Positions 40,678 to 50,603 of a DNA stretch of 64,000 nt are shown piece after piece. Below the pieces are notes generated by a model. It saw only the letters and a list, made by a program, of their open reading frames with translations. It was not told the origin of the DNA and searched no databases. This DNA comes from a virus (Duplodnaviria; Caudoviricetes): positions 1,287 through 65,286 of the IMG/VR virus record IMGVR_UViG_3300020179_000028; one strand, 5' to 3'. How positions within the stretch are numbered: the stretch's first letter is position 1; each line of letters starts with the position of its first letter. The position numbers and the translations under genes are program-made.

Positions 40678-40732
40678 GCTAGAATATATTATAGAGCCTT
40701 ATTTTAACAAATTGTGGAAAACCCTGTGTATA

Positions 40733-42319
40733 CTACTTGGTTGCCCTGCCCTCACCTTTTGGATTTCTGCCAGCAACTGTTGCAGTACTATCAGATTGAT
40801 TGTTTGTTCTTTCTGCGTCCCTTGCTCTAGTTGCAGTGTCTTGTGGCTTTGGCTGGAAAGGCTCATCTCCTCCTTCCCGTTGCGGAAGTCCAAGAATGTT
40901 TCTTGCTTCGTTTGGAAGCATTACTTGATTTTTGACATATCTTTCAAGTATTTGAGACTGTACGTTTTCATCAGTTAAGGTTAACTCATTAAACTTAAGC
41001 ACTAAAATATCAGTTTTTTCTTTAATAATTCTATTTAATGTTTTTTCAAGTTCTCTTTGTGCTGGTCTTGCAACTTGCTCTTTAAAGGTACGATCTTGTG
41101 CAAGGGCTGCTGCAATTCCTCCAGACTCTCCTCCGCCAATTTTGGATAGGGGTACTTGATGTGCAATTAAAATATCATCACGATTTTGTTTGCGATATTT
41201 TTCAAAAGAGCCTTCTTGAACGCCATTTTCAATTGGTTGCATGCTAAACTCAACCTTGTTAGTATCTGTGTCTCCAGGAAGAGGGATGTACAAAGTTCTG
41301 TGTGATTGACCTTTAAGATTTGTTTGTAAAAATCTAAACATTTTGTCTTCAGCATCAGCAGAAAGTTTAGCGCCTTTTAATGTTACAACATATCTAGGAA
41401 CAGCCTTATTGCTAAAATAATCAATGTTATATTGTGACGCCAATTGATCTCCATGTAAAGAATTAATTGCTGAAAGAATGTCTGGAACACCATAGAATGT
41501 GTTTAATGGTGAGTATTGTTTAAAATGAATAATTTCATTTGGTCTTGAATCAGCAGTTATTGGGTTATAATTTTTTGCTCCAAAATTACGGAAGTAAACA
41601 ACTTTCTGACCTATGATCTGAACATACCCGTCACGTAAACGACGAACACGCATTGTGGTTGCTGGAATATGTCCAGCATAACCTATATCCCCACGAACAG
41701 TTCTGCCAATTTCAAGATATCCATTTCCTGTTGACTGCATATCTGTATAAATTTTAACCATAGTTGTGGTAAATGAATCATTGTCGTTTAACGATTCAAT
41801 CCAATCATGCAATTCAATTTTTGCTCTTTCAATTCTGTTTCTTGCTCTTCCTACTTGTTCTTTATCTTGATTAGACTCAAGGCGAAGCATTGTAGAAGAT
41901 GAAACTTCAAAGTCGTAACCAAGTCCTACAATGTTTTCTACTTTTGCATCAATCGCAGCATGATTGGCAAATGAAGTATCGTAATAGTTTGCTAATTCAT
42001 AAAGATTCCATGGCGGGGTAATAACATCAAACAAACCGTAAGCATTTCTATATACAGATCCAGGATTAATTTCTTTTGATTGTGCTCCGTCTATACCTGT
42101 TGGCTGTGCTTTGGCATTATTTAAATACCCTGTAATATTTTCTGGAGCAACTGCTTTTTCTGCAAGTCTTCCTGCTCTACGTTTAAAGTTATTGTCTAAG
42201 CCAACTAAATTTTTTAATTCATTCCAAGATTTATTAAATGGGTCCTCTTCTTTAAATTGTTGAAGTATGTCTGTTGAATTATCAATCTTTGCATTAATAA
42301 AAAATTCTTGACTGCTCAT
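40733..42319 (-). CDS. Portal protein
   Basis: GNGYLEI, EIIHFK, FYGVP, YFSNKAVP, PNEARNILGLP. Confidence 0.92.
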   Translation of the reverse strand: MSSQEFFINAKIDNSTDILQQFKEEDPFNKSWNELKNLVGLDNNFKRRAGRLAEKAVAPENITGYLNNAKAQPTGIDGAQSKEINPGSVYRNAYGLFDVITPPWNLYELANYYDTSFANHAAIDAKVENIVGLGYDFEVSSSTMLRLESNQDKEQVGRARNRIERAKIELHDWIESLNDNDSFTTTMVKIYTDMQSTGNGYLEIGRTVRGDIGYAGHIPATTMRVRRLRDGYVQIIGQKVVYFRNFGAKNYNPITADSRPNEIIHFKQYSPLNTFYGVPDILSAINSLHGDQLASQYNIDYFSNKAVPRYVVTLKGAKLSADAEDKMFRFLQTNLKGQSHRTLYIPLPGDTDTNKVEFSMQPIENGVQEGSFEKYRKQNRDDILIAHQVPLSKIGGGESGGIAAALAQDRTFKEQVARPAQRELEKTLNRIIKEKTDILVLKFNELTLTDENVQSQILERYVKNQVMLPNEARNILGLPQREGGDEPFQPKPQDTATRARDAERTNNQSDSTATVAGRNPKGEGRATK

Positions 42320-42687
42320 TAGTCTTGTGCTCCATATTTCTTAATAGTTTGCTTTGCGTCATAGACAGACCCCATGTCATTAAGATTAGGGATTAATCCT
42401 TCACGCATTCTTTGCCTTTGTTCCTCATACTCTGAATCAGTAACACGGTTTAACCCTGGAAAAAAAATGGCCTCGCCATCTGGCTCTCCGTAGTGGGCTG
42501 CAGCATCTTTTAACTCTGCTATCTTAGAAATATCACCCTTCATAGAAGGTATATTTAAAATATTGCCTTGTCCATCAGTAAACCATTTTCCATTTTGTTT
42601 TTTCCATACGTAAATTCCCCAATCGTACATTTTGTCGATTGCTTTAATCTTAGTTTTGCCAATTTGGCTAGGAATGTTTCTTTTCAT
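42319..42687 (-). CDS. Hypothetical protein upstream of portal
   Basis: ORF, probably leaderless ATG at 42687. Confidence 0.6.
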   Translation of the reverse strand: MKRNIPSQIGKTKIKAIDKMYDWGIYVWKKQNGKWFTDGQGNILNIPSMKGDISKIAELKDAAAHYGEPDGEAIFFPGLNRVTDSEYEEQRQRMREGLIPNLNDMGSVYDAKQTIKKYGAQD

Positions 42688-42705
42688 TACCACCAGTATA
42701 CCATA

Positions 42706-45700
42706 TTATACTGCGTTTGATATTTGTGATTGCCAGGATATGTCTTTAAAGACAGCGTATTCATAACCCTGAATACCAAAAACACTGTCATCTTCTATTA
42801 TAATTTTATTTGTGCCAGTATAGGCTTTATATAAGTCTGCAGGATTTACCCCATAGTAACTGCTTGATGACTGAACTAAAACACCATTCCACATGTAGAA
42901 GTCATTCCAGTATTCCCATTCAAATACGCCGTCTGCAGAAAATTTAACTCTAGCCCAAGGTCTTTTAGTAACATTTTTAACTTCTTGCAGGTTGGTTGTC
43001 TGATAATACGATAGAGCATTAAATATAATAGGACCATTAATCATTATAGATCCAGTATATGATTTAAAGTTTAATATATCAGAAAATCCTATTCCTAGCA
43101 AAGACCACTCGTTTATATTAATTACTGGCTCTTTTACAATCTTTCCATTTAAGTAAAAAGATATAGCATTGTATAACTGTCCAGTATTTCCATCAATGGC
43201 ATATATCTTTGCTCTTTTTCCAGATGGATGATTGGCAACCATATATAATTTAATAATTTTATTTTTTGCATTTATTTGCATTATTTGTGTAGGAGCATAC
43301 GGGAAAAAATCAGAATTGAACCTTATTAAACTTTGCATTGCCATAATTTCATAATTTTGTATCTTTGAAGGATTGACAGACAAAGCAACGCCACGATTAG
43401 TTAATGGATCATAGTCTCCTCTTATTTCTAAGCCAGAGTCTTTTGTTAGATACAAATATGGAGATGAACCTTTATATACAGTAAAAGGATTTTTTGTTTT
43501 ATAGTCAAAATAATAACCTGTAGACTTATATGGATAAACTGGTGTTCCAAATCTTGTGCCAACACTGTTTGCGCCGTTGTAATTAAATGCTTGAGATGCT
43601 AGTTGTAAGTTTTTAATTTTTAATGGACTATACTTTATTCCATTTACGTCAACTTCTACATGTAAAACTATTGCTAAATCATTAAAATTAACTCCAGCAG
43701 GTGGATAAATAATAACATTGTCTACAACTTCATACTTTGTGTTTATCCAATTACTGGCTGGCTCTATTACACCATTTTTAGGAACATCTTGCTTTCTTAT
43801 AAAAAATGATTTTGGAGCATTTGCACCTTCTTCTAAATATTCAAATGTAATATATGTTTTAACAATTTCATTAGAAGTATCATATGTATATTTTTTAATT
43901 GATCTTTCTTTTAAATCTTCATAATTTAAATATCCAGTATATAAAAAATTATCCAAAGAAGTATAGGATCTTTGTTGTGGAAAAGAATATTCTGCGGATA
44001 GTTGCGAATACGGCCATCCATCTGGGTCTACTGTTTCAGTTTCTTTAAATTTAATAGATGCTGGATAATTTATATTAAATTGAATAAAATCTAACTCAAA
44101 TATTTGATTGCCGTATTCATCTAAAACATTTTGACCAAAATAAGACAATGGGACGTAATCTCTCCATGATCCCGAAACCGTTGCATCTAAATAAAATCTA
44201 TTAAAATATTTTTTAGGAACTATTCCTACACTAGGAACATGATTTTTTAAAAGCCTTATGTCTGGTAATGATGATGGTGAATAACTATAATTTTCTAATA
44301 TAGGAGTTGTTGTATCGTTTTCATCTTCATCTAATGACTGATCTGTTTGCCCTATTAGATCGCTCCAACCAATATCCTCTTGATTATATAGACCTCCGTC
44401 ATAATCTATGCCTGGTTCATATAAATTAAATATATTTTCATAATCTACTGGAACACCTATTTCATTAAATAAGTTATCAATATCTAGTAAATTTTTTTCA
44501 GAGCAAATGCCAATTTTATAAATTTTTCCAGTAAAAGTTTTTTCAAATTCTTTTGTTCCTCCTACATATAATTTTAGTATTGACTGATTATTAAAAAATG
44601 ATATTACGTTATCTCCAAAATGATTATTAAATTTGTCTAATTCAAGACCTACAGCAAAAATAGTGTTTTGGTCCACGTTAGTTTCTGATAACGCACTAAC
44701 TCTAAGACACTCATATATGTCTTTTACAACATCGTTATATTTTAAAATATATTTAATTTTATTATTTACACATTCTATAGAAAAATAATTAGAGTTGTTG
44801 TCTTCAATTCTAATTAATACCTGAGTTCCAGAAAAGTTATTTGGAACCTCAAATAATCCATAAACTGCTTTTGTTATTTGATTATGCAAAGAGAAATCAT
44901 TAAAATATATATATGAGTTAACTAAATTCCAAGAACTGTTTGGCCTTAAAGAAAGATAGAGATTGTCTGATAAAAGATTTTGATCGTCTAACATTTGTTG
45001 TTCTTTTTTATTAAAATTATTTGTAAATATTTTTGGAATAAAAATATTCGGAACACTAAGTATATTGTCTTCAATTATTAAATTATCTATTGAGGCCTGA
45101 CTCCATGAACCTAGGTCTGGATAGTTATAGTTTTTAGTATAGTCTGCAAAAGAATAGTCAAATAAAACAGAATCTCCGCCATATATTGAATTTAAATTTT
45201 GAGGATACTGAACTCCTTGGCCAAACACAAATCGTCGTTTTGCAACAACAGAAGGAACAACATATTTATATAAAGCAACACAATCTATTTCTATTGGTTC
45301 TATTTTTTCATATGCATAAAACCCTATCCAGTTTTGACTTTTATAGTTTGTGTCAAATGCACCTGGCAAAGATATTGTATTAGAATCTATAGTAATTGTA
45401 ATAATTTCTTCACCGTTTAATAATAAAGATAATTGGTTGCTTGTATATCTAAGATGAATAAGCATTGGTCTTTCCCATTTACCAACATAATATGATCCAT
45501 ATTTATCGTCTACTTTTAATAATAAAAATGGTCCATGCAAATATATTCCGTCTTGTGATGATATTGGGCCTATAATTCTTTTTTCCTCTACCGAAGCATT
45601 ATTGGTTCTTAACCAAAACTCTAAAGTATAATCTTGATGTTTCCCCGAATCAGATAACATACCCAAAGATGGAATAATTAAAGATGGTTTGTTATTATTA

Positions 45701-46485
45701 TTATATAATTTGGTAATACTTTGTGATCCAAATACCATTGGAACACCAGAGTTTGTTGCAACTAATGCATTGTCTTTACAAAAATAATAACCAGGATCTT
45801 CAGACAAGCCGTAGGCATCTGCAACAACAACCTGAGATTGATCTAAAGAAATATCTAACGGAAGACTAGAAGTTGTTATTCCTAATGAATGTGAATGAAA
45901 CTCTTCAGACCATTGCCCAAATGTAAGTCCATTTGAATAAACTAAATAATCGTTAACGTCATTAGTTGCTAATAAAAAATTAAATTTAATAATAATTTTT
46001 ATTTCAGAATTTTCAAAATCTGGACTAAAAGTTTCTGATAAAAATATCCATCTTTCTTTAATTGCAACATCGTATGGTCTTAATGTATCAACATAAGAAT
46101 TTAAAACTGAGTCATAATGCCTATATCCAATCTCAATTCCTAAAATATAAGGGCTTTCTGTGTAAAAATAAGAACCTATAGAAAATGTTTTTAATGTTTG
46201 ATTAATGTCGTCAACATTAACAATATTTGGACTTTCCAAAATAACTGAAAATGTTTCTCCATTTAAAATTTCTGGAGTTATTTTATTAACTATGCTTTCT
46301 GGGAAAGGTGTGTCTAAAAACTCTAATGTAGAAATAGAAGATCCATTATTAATGTCCCATGATGAAAAATCTCTATGTGAGTCATCAATTATTGATACAT
46401 AATCTACTTTATCATCCAAAGCCCACAATCTTTGTGGATGTTCGGCAAATATTTTTTCAGCGTATAAGTTTGATGGACTAGACAT
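42706..46485 (-). CDS. Large virion structural protein with LamG/ConA-like domains
   Basis: AEHPQRLWALD N-terminus, YTLEFWLR...LLLNGEE...IDCVALY LamG-like pattern. Confidence 0.6.
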   Translation of the reverse strand: MSSPSNLYAEKIFAEHPQRLWALDDKVDYVSIIDDSHRDFSSWDINNGSSISTLEFLDTPFPESIVNKITPEILNGETFSVILESPNIVNVDDINQTLKTFSIGSYFYTESPYILGIEIGYRHYDSVLNSYVDTLRPYDVAIKERWIFLSETFSPDFENSEIKIIIKFNFLLATNDVNDYLVYSNGLTFGQWSEEFHSHSLGITTSSLPLDISLDQSQVVVADAYGLSEDPGYYFCKDNALVATNSGVPMVFGSQSITKLYNNNNKPSLIIPSLGMLSDSGKHQDYTLEFWLRTNNASVEEKRIIGPISSQDGIYLHGPFLLLKVDDKYGSYYVGKWERPMLIHLRYTSNQLSLLLNGEEIITITIDSNTISLPGAFDTNYKSQNWIGFYAYEKIEPIEIDCVALYKYVVPSVVAKRRFVFGQGVQYPQNLNSIYGGDSVLFDYSFADYTKNYNYPDLGSWSQASIDNLIIEDNILSVPNIFIPKIFTNNFNKKEQQMLDDQNLLSDNLYLSLRPNSSWNLVNSYIYFNDFSLHNQITKAVYGLFEVPNNFSGTQVLIRIEDNNSNYFSIECVNNKIKYILKYNDVVKDIYECLRVSALSETNVDQNTIFAVGLELDKFNNHFGDNVISFFNNQSILKLYVGGTKEFEKTFTGKIYKIGICSEKNLLDIDNLFNEIGVPVDYENIFNLYEPGIDYDGGLYNQEDIGWSDLIGQTDQSLDEDENDTTTPILENYSYSPSSLPDIRLLKNHVPSVGIVPKKYFNRFYLDATVSGSWRDYVPLSYFGQNVLDEYGNQIFELDFIQFNINYPASIKFKETETVDPDGWPYSQLSAEYSFPQQRSYTSLDNFLYTGYLNYEDLKERSIKKYTYDTSNEIVKTYITFEYLEEGANAPKSFFIRKQDVPKNGVIEPASNWINTKYEVVDNVIIYPPAGVNFNDLAIVLHVEVDVNGIKYSPLKIKNLQLASQAFNYNGANSVGTRFGTPVYPYKSTGYYFDYKTKNPFTVYKGSSPYLYLTKDSGLEIRGDYDPLTNRGVALSVNPSKIQNYEIMAMQSLIRFNSDFFPYAPTQIMQINAKNKIIKLYMVANHPSGKRAKIYAIDGNTGQLYNAISFYLNGKIVKEPVININEWSLLGIGFSDILNFKSYTGSIMINGPIIFNALSYYQTTNLQEVKNVTKRPWARVKFSADGVFEWEYWNDFYMWNGVLVQSSSSYYGVNPADLYKAYTGTNKIIIEDDSVFGIQGYEYAVFKDISWQSQISNAV

Positions 46486-46500
46486 TATGAGTCTATTTTA

Positions 46501-47022
46501 TCACACGATGCGTGTAAACCATCTAGGAGCAGTATACCTTGTCCCTAAATCAATAACCTTTACCCCATGTACGTAGTCTGGATTATCTGGAAAACAGAGC
46601 AAGTCTCCTGGCTTTGGTTTATACGATATGTTATATTTTGGGAAGTAAATATCTCCACCAACATAGTCATCATTTAAATAAACTAAAGTCGCTATATCGT
46701 TTGGCCTATTAGAATCAAAATGCTCGTGCATACCTTTACCAGCAACAAATTTTGCTATGTGTGTTTTTTCATGAATAAAATCTTGAAAAGGTCCTTCGTA
46801 ATTTTCTTTAACAAAATCATAAACTTTTATAGCATATTCTTGCATGATATCCAAAAGTTCGGAATCTCTAGTTTTTATTTCGTTATATGTATGTACAGTA
46901 AATTCTTGTTCGTTATTACCATACTCTGGAAAATCTTGAGTATATTTTTTTGCATATTCAGATATTCTTAAGGCAACGTCCCTTGCCATAAACTCTTCAA
47001 CATACTTGATTTTATCTATCAT
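46501..47022 (-). CDS. 2OG-Fe(II) oxygenase, prolyl-4-hydroxylase-like
   Basis: HFD...ATLVYLNDDYVGGDIYFP...PKPGDLLCFP...HGV...GTRY. Confidence 0.88.
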   Translation of the reverse strand: MIDKIKYVEEFMARDVALRISEYAKKYTQDFPEYGNNEQEFTVHTYNEIKTRDSELLDIMQEYAIKVYDFVKENYEGPFQDFIHEKTHIAKFVAGKGMHEHFDSNRPNDIATLVYLNDDYVGGDIYFPKYNISYKPKPGDLLCFPDNPDYVHGVKVIDLGTRYTAPRWFTRIV

Positions 47023-49052
47023 GATTTAATCTTTATATCGCAAACATCAGTTGTGCAATACATTTCTCCTTGTGCCTCCAAATTTTCTGAGCCGTCGTAA
47101 ATGGCAGACCAGTCTATTTTTTTGATCTGTCCAATATAACTATTATACTCCTTTTCAGAAATTTCAGTATATGGTTGTTGTGGATATACAGTATTTCCCA
47201 TCGGTAAAAATGAAACTGCTTTCAGTTGTCCCTCATACATATGAAGGGCAGGAGCAATATGCTTTGTTTCGGTTTCTTTGTCAAATGACAGCGTTACAGA
47301 CACGCCGTTATCAGACCAATATTTCTGAGCAGTTGCAGCAAGCGCAATCTTCTCAAATAATGTTACTTCTTTTTCAGGCCGTGAATGTCCAGAATGTACT
47401 GGGAAGTATACGACAGTTGTATTCGCAGATACAAGGTCAGCCTCCATTTTGTATTTAGCAGCCTTGAATAAATGAATCATAGGGTCGGTATTCCCAAAAC
47501 GAATTGCCCTTAAGAAATAATTACCTCCAGGTGCCCAGTGAACTCCAGGTGTTGCGCCAGAAAGAATTGATACAGACCCTGATGGTTTAACAGTTGTGAC
47601 TCTAATGGACTCACGAACGCACAACCATTCAGAATACGAATGATCATATTTACGAATAGTCTCATATCCTTCGTTCATCCATTCACGCACAACAGGCAAA
47701 CCAAACTTGTCTGAGAAGGATGCAATGCCTGTAAGAGATGTTCCGATACGACGATTACGCTGCATAATTCCATTTGTTTGTTGCCAATGAGTTGGTATCA
47801 GCGTTACCGTCTTGCCATAGAGATAGGCAAACTTTAATGTCCGCAGAAAATCTTCCTTTGACTCATGACGATTTAAATGTACCTCAACCAAAGTGCACAA
47901 TTCGTATGACTCCAAGGGTTGTTCGGCACAAGGGTTAAATCCCATAACACGATAATCTTTACCGTCAGCAGGATCTTTTAAACGCCCGTAATCTCTTGCG
48001 ACATCTAGCCATATAAAACCAGGTTCTCCGTTATTAGCGATTAGATCTACATAGTCTTCGTACTTTGTACCTACCGTCGCAGAAATAGAGTTATTAGACA
48101 TCCAAGCCCAACCTGGATTTTCTGGATCAAAAGAATTTCTTTCTGGAAAAACCTCAGAATTCTTAAGGTTCATAAAATTTTCATCTTGAGCATTACCCAA
48201 AGCCAAAGTGGCAGATCGTCTAACATTTCCTGATACCACACAGGTACCAATAAGATTAACTATATCGACTATTGCACGAGAGTCAAAAGTTTCTCCTGCT
48301 CTACCGCCAATTACAGCCCTTATCTGATTATGTAACTGTATAAGTGGTGCTGGACCGCTTGCCGTGCCCCCAAAGCCCTTAATAGGCGCACCTAAAGGCC
48401 TAATGAGGTCATAGTTAAACTCCTGGATATACATGTTAGGCTTTAAAAATGAATTAATGAGCAATCTGACAGACTCTACCCAACCTTCACGAGTATCTGG
48501 TATTTCGTATACTTGTGGTGGCTCTGTAGGATCATAAATAGGTAGATTTTTGTCTGCCCCGACAGTATCAAACCCTACACCTACTCCCATCATAAGAGCA
48601 TCCATAATCCAACCAAACAGTGTGCCTGGATCATTTCTATCTATGTCTTTTGTGGATACCATAGCGCAGTTTTGTAATGCTGCTGAGTTTTTCTTTTCCA
48701 TTGTAAGTGCCGTGCCAAAAGACCATAGGCCTCGTCCTGGAGGTGTCCACTTCAATTCAAACAAACGCTGATATGCTTCTTTTGCAGAAGCCTGTGCCTT
48801 GTAGTCATTCCAAGGTAATCTGTTTTCTTTAGCATGATTCTTTTGAGCCGAATACATACCCTCGATTACTCTACGACAAACCTCGTGCCATCTTTCTTTA
48901 GTTCCGTCTTCCTTCATGCGAGAGTAGGTACGAATAAAAGTAATCTCTCCTAATGAATTACCACCTGCATCTGTAAAACCAAATGGTGGTTCCTTTGTTT
49001 TATACTCATTTATAAAATCTTCTGACAAACGAAAACTAAAAAAATCTGACAC
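47019..49052 (-). CDS. nrdJ: Class II (adenosylcobalamin) ribonucleotide reductase, monomeric RTPR-like
   Basis: PPGRGLW, LQNC, GNVRRSA, NPCAEQ, TTVKPSG, C-terminal CTTDVC. No beta subunit in the window. Confidence 0.92.
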   Translation of the reverse strand: MSDFFSFRLSEDFINEYKTKEPPFGFTDAGGNSLGEITFIRTYSRMKEDGTKERWHEVCRRVIEGMYSAQKNHAKENRLPWNDYKAQASAKEAYQRLFELKWTPPGRGLWSFGTALTMEKKNSAALQNCAMVSTKDIDRNDPGTLFGWIMDALMMGVGVGFDTVGADKNLPIYDPTEPPQVYEIPDTREGWVESVRLLINSFLKPNMYIQEFNYDLIRPLGAPIKGFGGTASGPAPLIQLHNQIRAVIGGRAGETFDSRAIVDIVNLIGTCVVSGNVRRSATLALGNAQDENFMNLKNSEVFPERNSFDPENPGWAWMSNNSISATVGTKYEDYVDLIANNGEPGFIWLDVARDYGRLKDPADGKDYRVMGFNPCAEQPLESYELCTLVEVHLNRHESKEDFLRTLKFAYLYGKTVTLIPTHWQQTNGIMQRNRRIGTSLTGIASFSDKFGLPVVREWMNEGYETIRKYDHSYSEWLCVRESIRVTTVKPSGSVSILSGATPGVHWAPGGNYFLRAIRFGNTDPMIHLFKAAKYKMEADLVSANTTVVYFPVHSGHSRPEKEVTLFEKIALAATAQKYWSDNGVSVTLSFDKETETKHIAPALHMYEGQLKAVSFLPMGNTVYPQQPYTEISEKEYNSYIGQIKKIDWSAIYDGSENLEAQGEMYCTTDVCDIKIKS

Positions 49053-49140
49053 TGTTATTCTCCTTAAGAATCTGTAATCATTAAAGTATACCAGAGTTTT
49101 TAATTTTGTAGAACTCTTATGCTATTATTTAGGGTTATAG

Positions 49141-49260
49141 TTATTTAAAAGTTACTCTTGAATGGTTTTGTGGGAAACACCTTAAGCATACATTTAGTTT
49201 TGCACCAGTAACTGGACATTCAGATGTTTGCATATTGTGTCCTTTAAAAAAACAAATCAT
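49141..49260 (-). CDS. Small Cys/His peptide, 39 aa
   Basis: Manual ORF MICFFKGHNMQTSECPVTGAKLNVCLRCFPQNHSRVTFK, a C..GH...CxRC Zn-ribbon-like pattern. Confidence 0.55.
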   Translation of the reverse strand: MICFFKGHNMQTSECPVTGAKLNVCLRCFPQNHSRVTFK

Positions 49261-49265
49261 CTTCT

Positions 49266-49904
49266 TTATAATTTTATCCATAAATCTGTTACCACATGAG
49301 AATCTTTTGGAGCAATATCATATGCAATTGTAATTCTTGGTTTATCTTCATACCAATCATCTCTACCGTGAGGATGTCCAGTTTCTGAAACTATTGCTCT
49401 ATTATTTTTATTATGATTTTCAAATAATACTTCACGATTAATTTTATAATAAGTTATTGAAGGTTCTGCATTAACACAATAATATCCATGAAATATAGGA
49501 GCGCCCGTTCCTTCTGCATGATCATGGAATGTATGAGAGTTGTTTATTGGACTTACTCCACTTCCATATGTTTTATAATCCAAATTATACCAACCGTGGA
49601 TCATAAAATCTAAAATGTCATAATTTAAATCATAATATTCACAAGCATCTTTTATTAGTTTAGATAAAGAATTTTGTAAATTTTTAATTGAATCAATATC
49701 AAAATTAAAAACATTATAATAATTTCCAAGTTGAGTTGTTGGCCCATTATCTTTATTATATTTAGATAAAACATCTTCTGGTATATTCCCTACTAATCCA
49801 GATAGGATGTCGTTTTGTTTTGATACTAAATAATTAAATAAAGAATCTAAATCATTATCAACAAATGATTCAAAAAATTTATGTGGTGGCTTCATTGCTA
49901 TCAT
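49266..49904 (-). CDS. 2OG-Fe(II)/cupin oxygenase-like protein, HxH type
   Basis: GWYN...FHDH...FHGYYCV...GHPH...PRITIAYDI. Paralog of 49901..50560. Confidence 0.75.
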   Translation of the reverse strand: MIAMKPPHKFFESFVDNDLDSLFNYLVSKQNDILSGLVGNIPEDVLSKYNKDNGPTTQLGNYYNVFNFDIDSIKNLQNSLSKLIKDACEYYDLNYDILDFMIHGWYNLDYKTYGSGVSPINNSHTFHDHAEGTGAPIFHGYYCVNAEPSITYYKINREVLFENHNKNNRAIVSETGHPHGRDDWYEDKPRITIAYDIAPKDSHVVTDLWIKL

Positions 49905-50560
49905 AACAATGGAATCCAGTGCTGTTCGGCAGCATTTGCTCTAATTAAATAGTCTAGTGGGATAATGTCATATGCCATAGTAATTCTTGGACCTTCCCAA
50001 TCCCAATCTGCCATGGCATGCTGATGACCCATTTCAGAAACAATCAGTTTATTATCAATATTATGATGATCTACTACCTCTCCATATACATGATAGTGCG
50101 TTATTGAAGGTTCAGCCTTTACACTATAATATCCATGAAAATTGGGAGCACCTGGTTGGCCATGATCATGCCAGTCTAATTTGCCTTTGCCTTTATGTGT
50201 AATATTAAACCATCCTTGCACCATAAACTTTTGTGCATCAAAATCAACGTCATAATATTCACATGCCTCTTTTGTTGCACTTTTAACACCTTGAAAAACA
50301 TTATAAATTTCTTCACTGTGAAATTGAAAAACATTATATTCTCTCCATTTTACTGTAGATGTGCTTCCAGATTTTACCCAATACTCATGTCCAGCAGAAC
50401 CTAAAGGAGTTACTCCATCTACCTCTGCTTTTTCTATTTTTTCATATTTATCAGATAAAAAATTGGTCAATTTTACAAGATCATTATTTAAATGTCTTTC
50501 AAAAAATTTATGTGGTTTAATACCAAATTTTAAAGTTGGAGTCATGCCTTGATGTTGCAT
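49901..50560 (-). CDS. 2OG-Fe(II)/cupin oxygenase-like protein, HxH type
   Basis: GWFN...WHDH...FHGYYSV...GHQH...PRITMAYDI. Confidence 0.75.
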   Translation of the reverse strand: MQHQGMTPTLKFGIKPHKFFERHLNNDLVKLTNFLSDKYEKIEKAEVDGVTPLGSAGHEYWVKSGSTSTVKWREYNVFQFHSEEIYNVFQGVKSATKEACEYYDVDFDAQKFMVQGWFNITHKGKGKLDWHDHGQPGAPNFHGYYSVKAEPSITHYHVYGEVVDHHNIDNKLIVSEMGHQHAMADWDWEGPRITMAYDIIPLDYLIRANAAEQHWIPLL

Positions 50561-50603
50561 TTTTATTATACCTCTCTACTGTATTACTACAGTATACCAT
50601 GTT

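Noticed and set aside
49053-49265. Cobalamin riboswitch upstream of nrdJ
   Set aside because: The space is taken by a small ORF and a -10 box about 30 nt from the start. No B12-box is recognisable.
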